Below, one piece after another: positions 27,901-36,462 of a stretch of DNA of 64,000 nucleotides. Source of the DNA: a bacterium (lineage in GTDB: Bacteria > Hydrothermota > UBA3072 > JAPDKE01); contig JAPDKE010000022.1 of NCBI GenBank assembly GCA_029258725.1, forward strand, positions 10,881 to 74,880. The letters are read 5' to 3'. The notes beneath the pieces are model-generated. The model ran no database searches. It was not told the DNA's origin and saw only the letters and a list, made by a program, of their open reading frames with translations. Both the position numbers and the translations under genes were made by a program. Positions within the stretch are counted from its first letter, which is position 1; the number at the start of each line of letters is the position of its first letter.

Positions 27901-28395
27901 CTCATAGGGTCCGCACCATCCACCAACCTGAATGTAGTTTACATCAAATCCATATTTTGTAACCGATGCGTCGCTCTTTATCCGCACGGTAAAAGTGGGT
28001 CCATCTCCCCAGGATGTCCATGTGGGACCATATGCACCCGTAAAGTAATCCACAAGATCTCCATCATTATCATAGACAAAAACAGTATCGTATCCGCTTT
28101 CAACATCTATCGTATCAAAGTGGATTGTCATCCATACATTTTCAGGAGGTCCATAAACCTTATAGGAAATGTCCATACTGTTCCAGTAGGGATGGGGAGA
28201 AGAAATGTACGCAGGAAGAACAGTACCCTTTGCCCTTTTAATTCTTTCAGTCACAGGATGAGGAGCCACAGGATAGATTGATTGCCCAAAGGACATCCGG
28301 ACCGGTTCCCTTATCTCCTTTACCACCAGGGGTTCCCTTACCTCCTTCACCTCCGTCCTTAAAATGGGTATGGTAAACAAAAGAATGTAAATCAT
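24907..28395 (-). CDS. Secreted C25-family (gingipain/PorU-like) cysteine peptidase with three N-terminal CUB-like domains and C-terminal Ig/FN3 + T9SS-type sorting domain
   Basis: 1162 aa. After the signal peptide come three ~95-aa repeats (ESPHPYPN...YGP...I.L.F..F.TE..YD.V.VYD..G.LV...TG...W.S..........KSD.SVT..GF...Y) that match the CUB fold pattern. The C25 catalytic domain follows (IITPEAF..WK..KG, YVVLAGQ, His in SIGHWVGHGNEYG, Cys in VNSIACFMGALD), and the protein ends with an FlgD-Ig/Por-type CTD (..GVYFLRIENGRVSDTEKIVIVK). Confidence 0.75.
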   Translation of the reverse strand: MIYILLFTIPILRTEVKEVREPLVVKEIREPVRMSFGQSIYPVAPHPVTERIKRAKGTVLPAYISSPHPYWNSMDISYKVYGPPENVWMTIHFDTIDVESGYDTVFVYDNDGDLVDYFTGAYGPTWTSWGDGPTFTVRIKSDASVTKYGFDVNYIQVGGWCGPYESPHPYLNNMDTTVYMSGPANDWIGELIFYYDSIKTEYSYDSVFCYDIDSSTVLNTWTGTHRGVWSEWSSYNQDYTKQPTEATRLKSDGSITDYGWYSDWYNFFREHNVESPHNYPDYANQAYFIYGPQDAGDIRMRLHFARLETEHSYDSVYVYDGSGNLVNTYTGSVGTNFWTSWGDGNYMKVVLKSDNSVTRWGFEIDSLEWEPASMPNLTYYTPDGWDGPIVPSSEPNTHTYGPNLMGDSTTYIDWAIINNGSDTAFYFYIYLYCDDIPIAGWYCDTLPPNYYAYVEDYIDTFTAGTHTLKIYADTTDTVDESDETDNIYSQSFSWASGGGGGGAPGDTEYVIITPEAFRSAFSDLIWWKTKKGVPAAVMPVETIYKYYSGTDNAEKIRNYIIDAVNRGVIYVVLAGQCDFEHGEEYVPRRDAYCMTSGVGYYSDEDTIPCDLYYADLDGTWDYDGDGVYGETTDQVDMYADVYVGRFPVKNTTQISNMVQKILAYEKNPDPDYIRKILLPVGNLWSTNHGNGINDTIADTVPDTWKKAKLYEDYGLLSRYTVFDSINSGFSIGHWVGHGNEYGIYYDYGSEIYYYYSDVGNQTNPANNTIFVNSIACFMGALDEAGSSSGYDCVAEVMVNSNTSCAIGTGMNTRYGWGYSSPEGALGPSGELSVWFYRKLFGTSLYRLGEVFFAAKDQLVPTASSDDYFRWVLYEHTLFGDPETPIWTDIPVALSVTHPAEIEVGNANQCTVKVYTAKAPVEDALVTLATRDFDVYLRDTTDINGEAVFTVNPSREETVFVTVTGENLLPYEGYILAKTTLSLNFITAMAYFIGEGIMFRWVVMDENTERWEIERKEKGKEYRVIARIPGRRGSGRHTYSYLDTDIEKGKTYFYRLRAVGEGKKKVYGPFLASTGPVALRLGIERVYPLPSAGAVTVIYTVPQKEYVCLTLYDGAGRKVKKIKGGVHKAGYHRAKFTIEHPGVYFLRIENGRVSDTEKIVIVK

Positions 28396-28522
28396 CCTGC
28401 ACCTCCCCTTTTTGGGATCTCTTTAATAAAATTATAAACAAATTTCGTGCCATTTTATAAGTTTTTGATTTTCAAGGACTAAATTTTGAAGTGGGTAATT
28501 TTTTCACACCTTTCATCTCATT

Positions 28523-29221
28523 TTACCGGAATTTTCTAAATTTTATTCCCTCTCCATCAATTACAGCATAGGTAAAGTTTTCTATCCAGTCCCCCAGGAT
28601 AATAAAATCCTTCTCATTTATTTTCACATGCCTCGGGAGATGAAGGTGCCCCACAATAACCGCATCCACCTCCTGGAGTTTTTTCCTCGCAAACTCCTTC
28701 AGCACCTCATATCTTTTTATCTCCTTTTCCTCCTCAATCCTGTTGAGTCTTGTCACAAGGTATCCAAGCCATGCTCCGAAGTCGGGATGGAGCAGGGAAA
28801 AAAGTTTAATCGGAACCCTCCCTCTGAGCAGTTTCTTCATGAACCTGCTCCGGTAACAGGGTTTCACATAGTCCCCGTGGATGAAAAATATTTTCTTTCC
28901 ATAAAGTTCAAACACCTTCCCTTCCCGGTATATCGGAATCCCCGCCCACAAGAAAGCATCCTTTATCCAGTAGTCGTGATTCCCAACCCATAACCTCACA
29001 TCCACCCCTTTTCTCTTCATATCGTAAAGCCTGTAAAGCAGAGGCAATGCAATTTTCGGCATAACACTCCGGTACTCAAAATAGAAATTGAATATATCGC
29101 CCAGGAGGAAAAGCCTCTCCCCCTCCTCCTCAACCATGTCAAGAAATTCAAATATTATTCTTTCCCTTTCTTTTTCTTTTATTCCTATCCCTATATGAAG
29201 GTCCGAAATGCAGAAGGTCAT
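28523..29221 (-). CDS. Calcineurin-like metallophosphoesterase (LpxH-like UDP-2,3-diacylglucosamine hydrolase family)
   Basis: 232 aa with DLHIG, GDIFN, GNHD, GHLH and GDW metallophosphatase motifs. Confidence 0.6.
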   Translation of the reverse strand: MTFCISDLHIGIGIKEKERERIIFEFLDMVEEEGERLFLLGDIFNFYFEYRSVMPKIALPLLYRLYDMKRKGVDVRLWVGNHDYWIKDAFLWAGIPIYREGKVFELYGKKIFFIHGDYVKPCYRSRFMKKLLRGRVPIKLFSLLHPDFGAWLGYLVTRLNRIEEEKEIKRYEVLKEFARKKLQEVDAVIVGHLHLPRHVKINEKDFIILGDWIENFTYAVIDGEGIKFRKFR

Positions 29222-30846
29222 TTCCGGTACCTGTGGGTTATGGGAACCCTTCTTCCAGAGCCAAACGCCTTTGATGAAACCTTTATGGCAAACGGAATCT
29301 GCTTCCTTTTGTACTCTGCTATGTAATACCTCCTCAGTATCTCTTCAACCACATCCCTGGGATACCCCTTCCCAACTATCTCCTCAACACTCATGTTTTC
29401 CTCAATGAGATGATAGAGAACGGGGTCAAGCATGGCATAGGGTGGAATATCGTCCTCGTCGCGCTGGTCCTTTCTCAGTTCTGCAGAGGGGGGCTTTTTA
29501 AATACCCTTTGGGGAATAATTTCCCTTTTCTCATTTAAAATCCTGGCTATCTCATAAACCTCGTTTTTGTAAAGGTCCCCGAGGGGAGCCATTGCCCCGA
29601 CCGTATCCCCATAAAGGGTATTGTATCCAATGCTTATCTCAGATTTATTTCCTGTTGCAAGAACAAGCAGCCTTTCCTTATTCGCATATGCCATGAGAAT
29701 ATTGCCCCTTATCCTTGCCTGGAGGTTTTCTTTGCTCAGGGTGTCAAGGGGGAACGATTTTTCAATCAGGGAAAGAAATTCATGGTAAATCTGGGATATT
29801 GGAACCTCAATGAGTTTTATCCCGAGTCTTTGTGCTATCTCATATGCATCCTCCCTGCTTTCAGGAGATGTGAAGTCTCCGGGCATGAAAATGGCGAGGA
29901 CATTTTCCTTTTCAAGTGCCTCAACAGCAAGGCAGGCAACCACAGCAGAATCAATCCCTCCACTCAATCCAAGAACCACTCCCCTGAATCCATTTTTTCT
30001 CACATAGTCCCTTATTCCCAGGACAATCGCATCCTTAACCTCCCGATACCCTCCCTCCTTCACCTCTATTCTTTCCTTTTTTTCCATATCCCATACAAAA
30101 AGCCCTTCTTTAAAGGAGGGGGCGAGAAAGACAATATCTCCATCCGGGTCGCATGCAAAACTTCCTCCATCAAAGACTATCTCATCCCATCCACCAACCA
30201 GGTTGACATAGAGAATGAATGTTTTATTCTCCCTTGCCCTTTTTGAAACAAGTCTTCTTCTTATCCCGGGCTTTCCCCTGTAAAATGGAGATGCAGAAAT
30301 GTTTATAATGAGTTCTGCCCCAAGGGATGCCTGCTCATCCACCGGACCCTCATCATACCATATATCCTCACATATGTTCACACCTATTTTTTTCCCTTTC
30401 ACCTCAAAAACACCCTTTTCTTCCCCCGGGGTGAAGTATCTCTCTTCATTGTAAACATCAAAAGAAGGAAGATGCTTTTTGAAATATTTACCAACCAGTT
30501 CCCCATCCCTTGCAAGAAATGCGGCATTGTAAAAGACCTCATCCTTCCGGTATCTTACGGAAGAAAGGTCGTAAACATTCGCATGTTTTCTTTCCCCCTT
30601 TTCTATGTATCCACCAATAACCGTTGCCTTTCCTGTCTTTTTTACCATTTTCTCAAGCCTCTCAAGCTGTTCCTCCACAAAGTATCTTCTGAGTATTATA
30701 TCCTTTGGAATGTATCCAGGGAGGGAGAGTTCGGGAAAGACAACCACATCGCAATCCCTTCCCTCCCTCATGTATTCTTCCATCTTTTTCCCATTCCCCT
30801 CAATATCACCGGGAACGGTGTTTATCTGCCCTATTCCTATCCTCAT
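29218..30846 (-). CDS. nadE: Glutamine-dependent NAD+ synthetase (N-terminal nitrilase/CN-hydrolase domain + NadE domain)
   Basis: The CN-hydrolase domain starts at MRIGIGQIN and contains the ICED motif. The NadE domain carries the SGGIDS PP-loop and the SFGIYTN-like region. I take the internal ATG at 30846; the track ORF extends to 30918. Confidence 0.85.
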   Translation of the reverse strand: MRIGIGQINTVPGDIEGNGKKMEEYMREGRDCDVVVFPELSLPGYIPKDIILRRYFVEEQLERLEKMVKKTGKATVIGGYIEKGERKHANVYDLSSVRYRKDEVFYNAAFLARDGELVGKYFKKHLPSFDVYNEERYFTPGEEKGVFEVKGKKIGVNICEDIWYDEGPVDEQASLGAELIINISASPFYRGKPGIRRRLVSKRARENKTFILYVNLVGGWDEIVFDGGSFACDPDGDIVFLAPSFKEGLFVWDMEKKERIEVKEGGYREVKDAIVLGIRDYVRKNGFRGVVLGLSGGIDSAVVACLAVEALEKENVLAIFMPGDFTSPESREDAYEIAQRLGIKLIEVPISQIYHEFLSLIEKSFPLDTLSKENLQARIRGNILMAYANKERLLVLATGNKSEISIGYNTLYGDTVGAMAPLGDLYKNEVYEIARILNEKREIIPQRVFKKPPSAELRKDQRDEDDIPPYAMLDPVLYHLIEENMSVEEIVGKGYPRDVVEEILRRYYIAEYKRKQIPFAIKVSSKAFGSGRRVPITHRYRK

Positions 30847-31234
30847 CAAGATATTCTCCAAACCTTCTGTCGCTCCCAAGAATATGGTTATGCAGCCATT
30901 CCCTGAGAAAGTTTGCAAGTTTTATGGAAAATCCAGGGGGTGCATCCATGAAGTTTTTTTCCATCTCCATAACCTTCTTTGTTAAGTTCTCATGCTGCGC
31001 CCTGTGGGTGAGGAGTCCCGGATATCCGTATTTTTCCATCCACTTTTCCTCTGCCTGAAAGTGGAGTTGAACACGTTCTATGAATCCTTCAAGCACCCGG
31101 TGCACAGTTTCTCTTCCCTTTCCCTCCTTCATTGTCTCGTAAAGTTCGTTTATCAGGGAAAAAAGTTCCCTGTGCTGTTCATCCACCTCCCTTATCCCGA
31201 TCTCATACTCTTCCTTCCAGGGAAAAAAGACCAT
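30806..31234 (-). CDS. Hemerythrin-like (bacteriohemerythrin) metal-binding protein
   Basis: The WKEEYEIGIREVDEQHRELF ... HF..EE ... H..LT motif pattern is that of the HHE cation-binding domain. Start taken at the ATG at 31234. The 3' end overlaps the nadE start by about 40 nt. Confidence 0.7.
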   Translation of the reverse strand: MVFFPWKEEYEIGIREVDEQHRELFSLINELYETMKEGKGRETVHRVLEGFIERVQLHFQAEEKWMEKYGYPGLLTHRAQHENLTKKVMEMEKNFMDAPPGFSIKLANFLREWLHNHILGSDRRFGEYLDEDRNRADKHRSR

Positions 31235-31261
31235 GTTTTCTTTTTTCCTGCATATTAAGAA

Positions 31262-31300
31262 TTTTTGAAAAATTGTCAAGGAGCCTACTTCCCTTGACAA
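31262..31300. promoter_or_regulatory. Palindromic operator-like elements in the divergent hemerythrin/porG intergenic region
   Basis: TTTTTGAAAAA (31262-31272) and a 9-bp perfect inverted repeat TTGTCAAGG-N10-CCTTGACAA (31273-31300) lie about 60 nt upstream of the porG ATG. Confidence 0.4.
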
Positions 31301-31362
31301 GTCCCCTTTATCCCTTTATACTTGAAAGGACTTTAAAAGAATTTACAAAAGGAGGAGGAAAG

Positions 31363-31944
31363 ATGAAGGATATAATTGAGATAAGATGGCATGGAAGAGG
31401 AGGACAGGGTGCAAAGACTGCTGCACTCCTTTTTGGTGAGGCAGCCCTTGATACCGGAATGTACATTCAGGCATTTCCGGAATACGGTCCTGAGAGAACA
31501 GGGGCACCCGTCCAGTCCTTCAACAGGCTAAGCAAAAAGCCCATAAGGATTCACTCAGGAATAACCAATCCGGATATTGTGCTTGTTCTTGACCCCACAC
31601 TCGTGAAAAAGGTAAATGTTCTTGAGGGATTGCCCGAGGATGGTGTCATCATCATAAACACATCAAAGTCTCCTCAGGAGATAAGAGAGGAACTCGGTAT
31701 CCAGGGGAGAAAGGTTTTCACGGTTGATGCATATGACATAGCAATGAGAACCATAGGGCGTCCCATTCCCAACACTCCCATGCTCGGCGCACTCATAAAG
31801 GCAACAGGGATACTTGACTTTGAAAAGATGCTTGAGTCCGTCCGTGCAAAATTGCAGCGCAAGTTCAGAACCCGTCCTGAGATTGTGGATAAGAACATTG
31901 AGGCAATAAAACTCGCATACCAGGAAACAAAGGGGGAGGAATGA
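31363..31944 (+). CDS. porG: Pyruvate:ferredoxin oxidoreductase gamma subunit
   Basis: Start taken at the ATG preceded by GGAGGAGG. The product (MKDIIEIRWHGRGGQGAKTAALLFGEAA...) has the typical PorG N-terminus. The track ORF from 31132 is an N-terminal over-extension. Confidence 0.9.
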   Translation: MKDIIEIRWHGRGGQGAKTAALLFGEAALDTGMYIQAFPEYGPERTGAPVQSFNRLSKKPIRIHSGITNPDIVLVLDPTLVKKVNVLEGLPEDGVIIINTSKSPQEIREELGIQGRKVFTVDAYDIAMRTIGRPIPNTPMLGALIKATGILDFEKMLESVRAKLQRKFRTRPEIVDKNIEAIKLAYQETKGEE

Positions 31945-32219
31945 AGGAAGGATGGAAGGAACTCCCAATAGGGGCGATAATAAAAGAGGCAGGGTCCAGC
32001 ATAAAGTTTGAAACAGGGGACTGGAGAACCAGAAAACCGGTTCTCAACAAGGAGAAGTGCATAAACTGCCTTTTCTGCTGGGTGTTCTGTCCGGACTCCT
32101 CCATAATCGTTGAGAACGGGGAAATGAAGGGGTTTCTCTATTCCCACTGCAAGGGATGCGGAATATGTGCTGAGGAATGCCCTGTAAAGGCAATTGAAAT
32201 GGTAAAGGAGGAGGTATGA
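31941..32219 (+). CDS. porD: Pyruvate:ferredoxin oxidoreductase delta subunit (2x[4Fe-4S])
   Basis: 92 aa with two ferredoxin motifs, CINCLFCWVFCP and CKGCGICAEECP; coupled to porG and porA. Confidence 0.9.
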   Translation: MKEGWKELPIGAIIKEAGSSIKFETGDWRTRKPVLNKEKCINCLFCWVFCPDSSIIVENGEMKGFLYSHCKGCGICAEECPVKAIEMVKEEV

Positions 32220-33385
32220 AGATAAAGGCATTGACCGCAAATGAGGCAATGGCGGAGGCAATGAGGCAGATAAACCCTGATGTTGTCGCAGCATATCCCA
32301 TAACACCCGCAACGGAGATAGTCCAGCACTTCGCCTCCTTCGTTGCCGATGGGCTTGTAACAACAGAGTTTGTTCCTGTTGAATCGGAGCACTCAGCAAT
32401 GAGTGCATGCATAGGGGCTGCGGCAGCAGGGGCAAGGGTCATGACATCAACCGCATCCCAGGGTCTTGCCCTTATGCATGAGGTTCTTTACATAGCAGCA
32501 GCCCTCAGGCTCCCGATAGTTATATGCGAAATAAACAGGGCTCTTTCTGCCCCCATAAACATACACTGCGACCACTCAGATACATTTGGTGCAAGGGATT
32601 CCGGATGGATTCAGATATACTCTGAGGATTCACAGGAGGCTTATGACTCGGTTATTCAGGCTGTGAAGATTGCAGAGGAGGCATTCCTTCCCGTGATGGT
32701 TACAGCAGATGGATTCATACTTTCCCACGCAATGCAGCGCATTGAGGTTCTTGAGGACGAGGAGGTTAAGGAATTCCTGGGAGAACCAAAGACCCCATAC
32801 ACCGTTCTTGATACCGACAATCCTATAACCGTTGGTCCCCTTGACCTTCAGGACTACTTCTTTGAGCACAAGCGCCAGGAGGCAGAGGCGATGAGGCTTG
32901 CTCCACCGATAATAGAAAAGGTCGGTAAAGAATTTGGAGAAAGATTTGGAAGGTACTACGGGCTTGTTGACCCTTACAGGCTTGAGGATGCTGAGGTTGC
33001 AGTGGTGGTGATGGGCTCAACTGCTGGAACCGCAAAGGAGGTTGTTGATAAGCTGAGGGAGGAGGGTAAGCCTGCGGGACTTTTGAGAATGAGGGTCCTG
33101 AGACCCCTACCACTGAAGGAGATAGTGGAAAATCTCAGGGACAAAAAGGTGATTGGAGTGATGGACCGTGCAGAGGGAATGAGCGGGTTTGGTGGACCGC
33201 TTTATACAGAAATAAGGTCAGGGCTTTACGATGTCCCATCACATCCTCCTCTTTACAACTACATCTATGGACTTGGTGGAAGGGATATAAAGCCCGAGGA
33301 GATTGAGGAGATATTTAAGGAACTCTTTGATGCGGCTGCTGGAAAGGAAATCCCGCTTGTAAACTATAAAGGTGTGAGAGAGTAA
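32216..33385 (+). CDS. porA: Pyruvate:ferredoxin oxidoreductase alpha subunit
   Basis: 389 aa; N-terminal ANEAMAEAMRQINPDVVAAYPITPATEIV is typical of the POR alpha domain. Confidence 0.9.
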   Translation: MKIKALTANEAMAEAMRQINPDVVAAYPITPATEIVQHFASFVADGLVTTEFVPVESEHSAMSACIGAAAAGARVMTSTASQGLALMHEVLYIAAALRLPIVICEINRALSAPINIHCDHSDTFGARDSGWIQIYSEDSQEAYDSVIQAVKIAEEAFLPVMVTADGFILSHAMQRIEVLEDEEVKEFLGEPKTPYTVLDTDNPITVGPLDLQDYFFEHKRQEAEAMRLAPPIIEKVGKEFGERFGRYYGLVDPYRLEDAEVAVVVMGSTAGTAKEVVDKLREEGKPAGLLRMRVLRPLPLKEIVENLRDKKVIGVMDRAEGMSGFGGPLYTEIRSGLYDVPSHPPLYNYIYGLGGRDIKPEEIEEIFKELFDAAAGKEIPLVNYKGVRE

Positions 33386-33396
33386 AGGAGGGAAGG

Positions 33397-34326
33397 ATGC
33401 CTTTTGACCTGAAAGAACTTTCAAAGGAAAAGGACCTCTTTGCCCCGGGCCACAGGGCATGTGCGGGATGCGGTCCCGCAATAGTTATGCGCCAGATAAT
33501 GGCGGTTGCAGGAAAGGATACGGTTGTAGGATTTGCAACAGGATGTATGGAGGTTGTTTCAACCATATTCCCCTATACCGCGTGGAGGGTCCCCTATATT
33601 CATGTTGCGTTTGAAAATGCAGCAGCGGTTATAAGTGGAGTTGAAGCAGCATATAAGGCACTGAAGAGAAAAGGAAAGATAAATAAAAAGATAAACTTCA
33701 TTGCCATTGCCGGGGATGGAGGGACTTATGACATAGGAATACAGGCACTCTCAGGGGCTCTTGAGAGAGGACACAACTTCCTTTATGTATGCTATGATAA
33801 CCAGGCATACATGAACACAGGAATACAGCGCTCAGGAGCAACCCCACTCGGGGCCCACACCACAACATCTCCTGCAGGGGATGTAATTCCCGGGAAGGTT
33901 CAGTGGAGGAAGGATTTGACCGAGATTGTCGCTGCACACGGTATTCCCTATGCGGCCCAGGCATCACCATCCCACTGGAACGATTTGATGGAAAAGGTGA
34001 AGAAGGCACTTGAGACAGAGGGTCCAGCATTCATAAACGTCCTTGCACCCTGTCCTGTTGGCTGGTACTTCTCCCCTGAGCGCACGATAAAGATTGCAAA
34101 ACTTGCCGTTGATACACTCTTCTGGCCCCTTTACGAGGTTGAAAATGGAAAGCACAGGATAACCTACAAGCCCAGGAAACCAAAACCTGTTGAGGAGTGG
34201 TTGAAGGAGCAGGGAAGATTCAGGCATCTCTTTCAGGAAAAGAACAGATGGATAATTGAGGAATTCCAGCGTCAGGTGAATGAAAGGTGGGAAAGGCTTT
34301 TAAGGCTTGAGGAGGCATCCCTTTAA
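33397..34326 (+). CDS. porB: Pyruvate:ferredoxin oxidoreductase beta subunit (TPP-binding)
   Basis: 309 aa with CAGCG and GDGG..DIG TPP-binding motifs. Confidence 0.9.
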   Translation: MPFDLKELSKEKDLFAPGHRACAGCGPAIVMRQIMAVAGKDTVVGFATGCMEVVSTIFPYTAWRVPYIHVAFENAAAVISGVEAAYKALKRKGKINKKINFIAIAGDGGTYDIGIQALSGALERGHNFLYVCYDNQAYMNTGIQRSGATPLGAHTTTSPAGDVIPGKVQWRKDLTEIVAAHGIPYAAQASPSHWNDLMEKVKKALETEGPAFINVLAPCPVGWYFSPERTIKIAKLAVDTLFWPLYEVENGKHRITYKPRKPKPVEEWLKEQGRFRHLFQEKNRWIIEEFQRQVNERWERLLRLEEASL

Positions 34327-34817
34327 TGCCTGACGAACTCAACATCTTTGAAGAGGAATTCTGGTCCATAAAGGGCGTCCTGGAGAAGCTACTCCAGGGC
34401 GCCAATGCAAGGGCTGTCCTTCTGATAGATAAGGCGGGACAGCTCATAACCTCGGCAGGGGATACAACCGGGATAGATGTCCCATCCTTCTCAACCCTTG
34501 CGGCTGCGGATTTTGCTGCAACATCCCAACTTGCCACACTCATAGGAGAGAGTGAGTTCTCCCATCTCTTCCATCAGGGAGAGAAAAACTCCATATATGT
34601 TACACTTGTTGCATCCAAGGTTATACTTGCAGTTATATTTGATAACCGGACAAACCTCGGGCTTGTCAGGGTGAGGGTGAAGCAGGCAGCCTCAGAACTT
34701 GAGGCAATATTCAAGAGAATATATGAAAAACTTGAGAGTGAACTGGGAAGCCCGCTAAAACTTGATGAGGGATTTATTGAGGAGGCGGAGTCAGAACTTG
34801 ACAACCTCTTCAAATAG
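34326..34817 (+). CDS. mglB: Roadblock/LC7 domain protein MglB (GAP of MglA)
   Basis: 163 aa and clearly homologous to Myxococcus MglB ([17 protein letters not shown]...[19 protein letters not shown]). Its start overlaps the porB stop. Confidence 0.85.
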   Translation: MPDELNIFEEEFWSIKGVLEKLLQGANARAVLLIDKAGQLITSAGDTTGIDVPSFSTLAAADFAATSQLATLIGESEFSHLFHQGEKNSIYVTLVASKVILAVIFDNRTNLGLVRVRVKQAASELEAIFKRIYEKLESELGSPLKLDEGFIEEAESELDNLFK

Positions 34818-34828
34818 ATGGAGGTGAG

Positions 34829-35410
34829 ATGGCTCTCATAAACTACGCATCAAGGGAGATAAACTGCAAGATTGTTTACTATGGGCCCGGTCTCGGAGGG
34901 AAGACAACAAACATAAAGTACATATACTCAAAGATATCTCCCGAGATAAGAGGGAAACTTGTCTCCCTTGCAACAGAGCTTGACAGAACCCTGTTCTTTG
35001 ACTTCCTTCCCGTTGACCTGGGGACTGTAAAGGGATTCCAGGTCCGGTTCCATCTCTATACCGTCCCGGGACAGGTTTACTACAACGCATCAAGGAGGCT
35101 GATTCTTAAAGGAGTCGATGGAATTGTCTTTGTTGCAGACTCCCAGATAGAAAGACTTGAGGACAACGTTGAGTCCATGGAGAACCTGCACGAAAACCTG
35201 GCAACCTACGGTCTCAAACTTGAAAACATTCCGTTTGTTATCCAGTACAACAAGCGAGACCTTCCCAACATAGCATCGGTTGAGGAACTTGAAAGGTTGC
35301 TTAATCCATTGAAGGTCCCCTATTTTGAGGCGGTTGCAATTCAGGGAATTGGTGTATTTGAAACCCTGAAAGAGGTTGCGAGGAGAGTATTAAGAAACCT
35401 CTCGAAATGA
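34829..35410 (+). CDS. mglA: Ras-like small GTPase MglA
   Basis: 193 aa and alignable over the full length to M. xanthus MglA ([48 protein letters not shown]). Confidence 0.9.
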   Translation: MALINYASREINCKIVYYGPGLGGKTTNIKYIYSKISPEIRGKLVSLATELDRTLFFDFLPVDLGTVKGFQVRFHLYTVPGQVYYNASRRLILKGVDGIVFVADSQIERLEDNVESMENLHENLATYGLKLENIPFVIQYNKRDLPNIASVEELERLLNPLKVPYFEAVAIQGIGVFETLKEVARRVLRNLSK

Positions 35411-36462
35411 AAATTTTATTCCTTCCCCTTTACGGAATAGGGGATACCCTGATGACAACCCCTGCCTTGAGAATTTTAAAAAGGGAAAGACCTGAATGGA
35501 AGGTTCATGTACTTACCATGTTCAAGTCAACCCATGATGTCCTTTTGAGAAATCCATGTGTGGATGAAATAATATTTTTTCCTCTTCTTTCTTCACGATG
35601 GCAGGGATTGAAATTTGCCTTTTCTTTAAGAGGTGAGTACAGGATAACAATAAACCCATACCCATCCAATAGAAGGGACTATAACATCCTTGCCTATCTC
35701 ATTCATGCACCTTATCGTCTTGGGCATGAGTATAAACAGGACAATTTTAAGGAGCTTAATTTTTTGAAAAACATAAGGATAATGGAGGATGATTCACTCC
35801 ATAATGTTGAGGAGAATATAAGATTGCTTGAATTGCTGGGGATAAAATCCAGGGAAAAACTTCCACTTGAACTCCATCTTTCTCCAGAGGAGATTGCATG
35901 GGGGAGAAGATACCTGGAGGAGAGAGGGATTGAGGGATTTCTTGTTGGTTCCCATCCGGGGTCAAGTCTTTTCAAATACCACACGGCAAAGAGGTGGGAT
36001 AAGGAGAAGTTCAAAAAACTTTTTGACATAATTCTTGAGGAAAGAAAAGATGCGAGGATTTTGCTTTTTGGAGGAAAAGAGGAACTGGGATTGAGGGAGG
36101 AGATAAGAAAGATAAACCCTGAAAGAATGCATGTTATTGATACAAAAACCGTGAGAGAAACTGCCGCAATAATGAAAAACCTTTCCATTTTCATAACCAA
36201 CGACTCAGGGGTAATGCACCTTGCTGCTGCATGCATGGTCCCGATAGTTGCAATATTTGGTCCAACAAATCCAGGATGGGTGGGTCCATGGGGTGTTCCA
36301 TCAAGGGTTGTTAGGCTTGGACTTCCATGCTCTCCATGTTTCCGGTACTCTCCAAAACCCATGATATGCTGGGCAAAAAGGAACTATGAGTGTATGAGAA
36401 AAATAGAGGTGGAGGATGTTTACAGGGCTTATCGTTCCCTTACTCGTGAGCTGGGAATATGA
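35407..36462 (+). CDS. Glycosyltransferase family 9 (ADP-heptose:LPS heptosyltransferase-like)
   Basis: 351 aa with GT9 architecture (N-terminal IGD...PAL motif, C-terminal [11 protein letters not shown] and GP.NP). Confidence 0.75.
   Translation: MKILFLPLYGIGDTLMTTPALRILKRERPEWKVHVLTMFKSTHDVLLRNPCVDEIIFFPLLSSRWQGLKFAFSLRGEYRITINPYPSNRRDYNILAYLIHAPYRLGHEYKQDNFKELNFLKNIRIMEDDSLHNVEENIRLLELLGIKSREKLPLELHLSPEEIAWGRRYLEERGIEGFLVGSHPGSSLFKYHTAKRWDKEKFKKLFDIILEERKDARILLFGGKEELGLREEIRKINPERMHVIDTKTVRETAAIMKNLSIFITNDSGVMHLAAACMVPIVAIFGPTNPGWVGPWGVPSRVVRLGLPCSPCFRYSPKPMICWAKRNYECMRKIEVEDVYRAYRSLTRELGI

Noticed and set aside
31132-31362. N-terminal 77-aa extension of porG
   Set aside because: It is Pro/Ser/Leu-rich and spans the divergent promoter and palindromes. 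The internal ATG at 31363 has a perfect GGAGGAGG RBS and yields the canonical PorG N-terminus.
31674-32442. 253-aa and 132-aa minus-strand ORFs
   Set aside because: They are antisense to porG/porD/porA, which are unambiguous.
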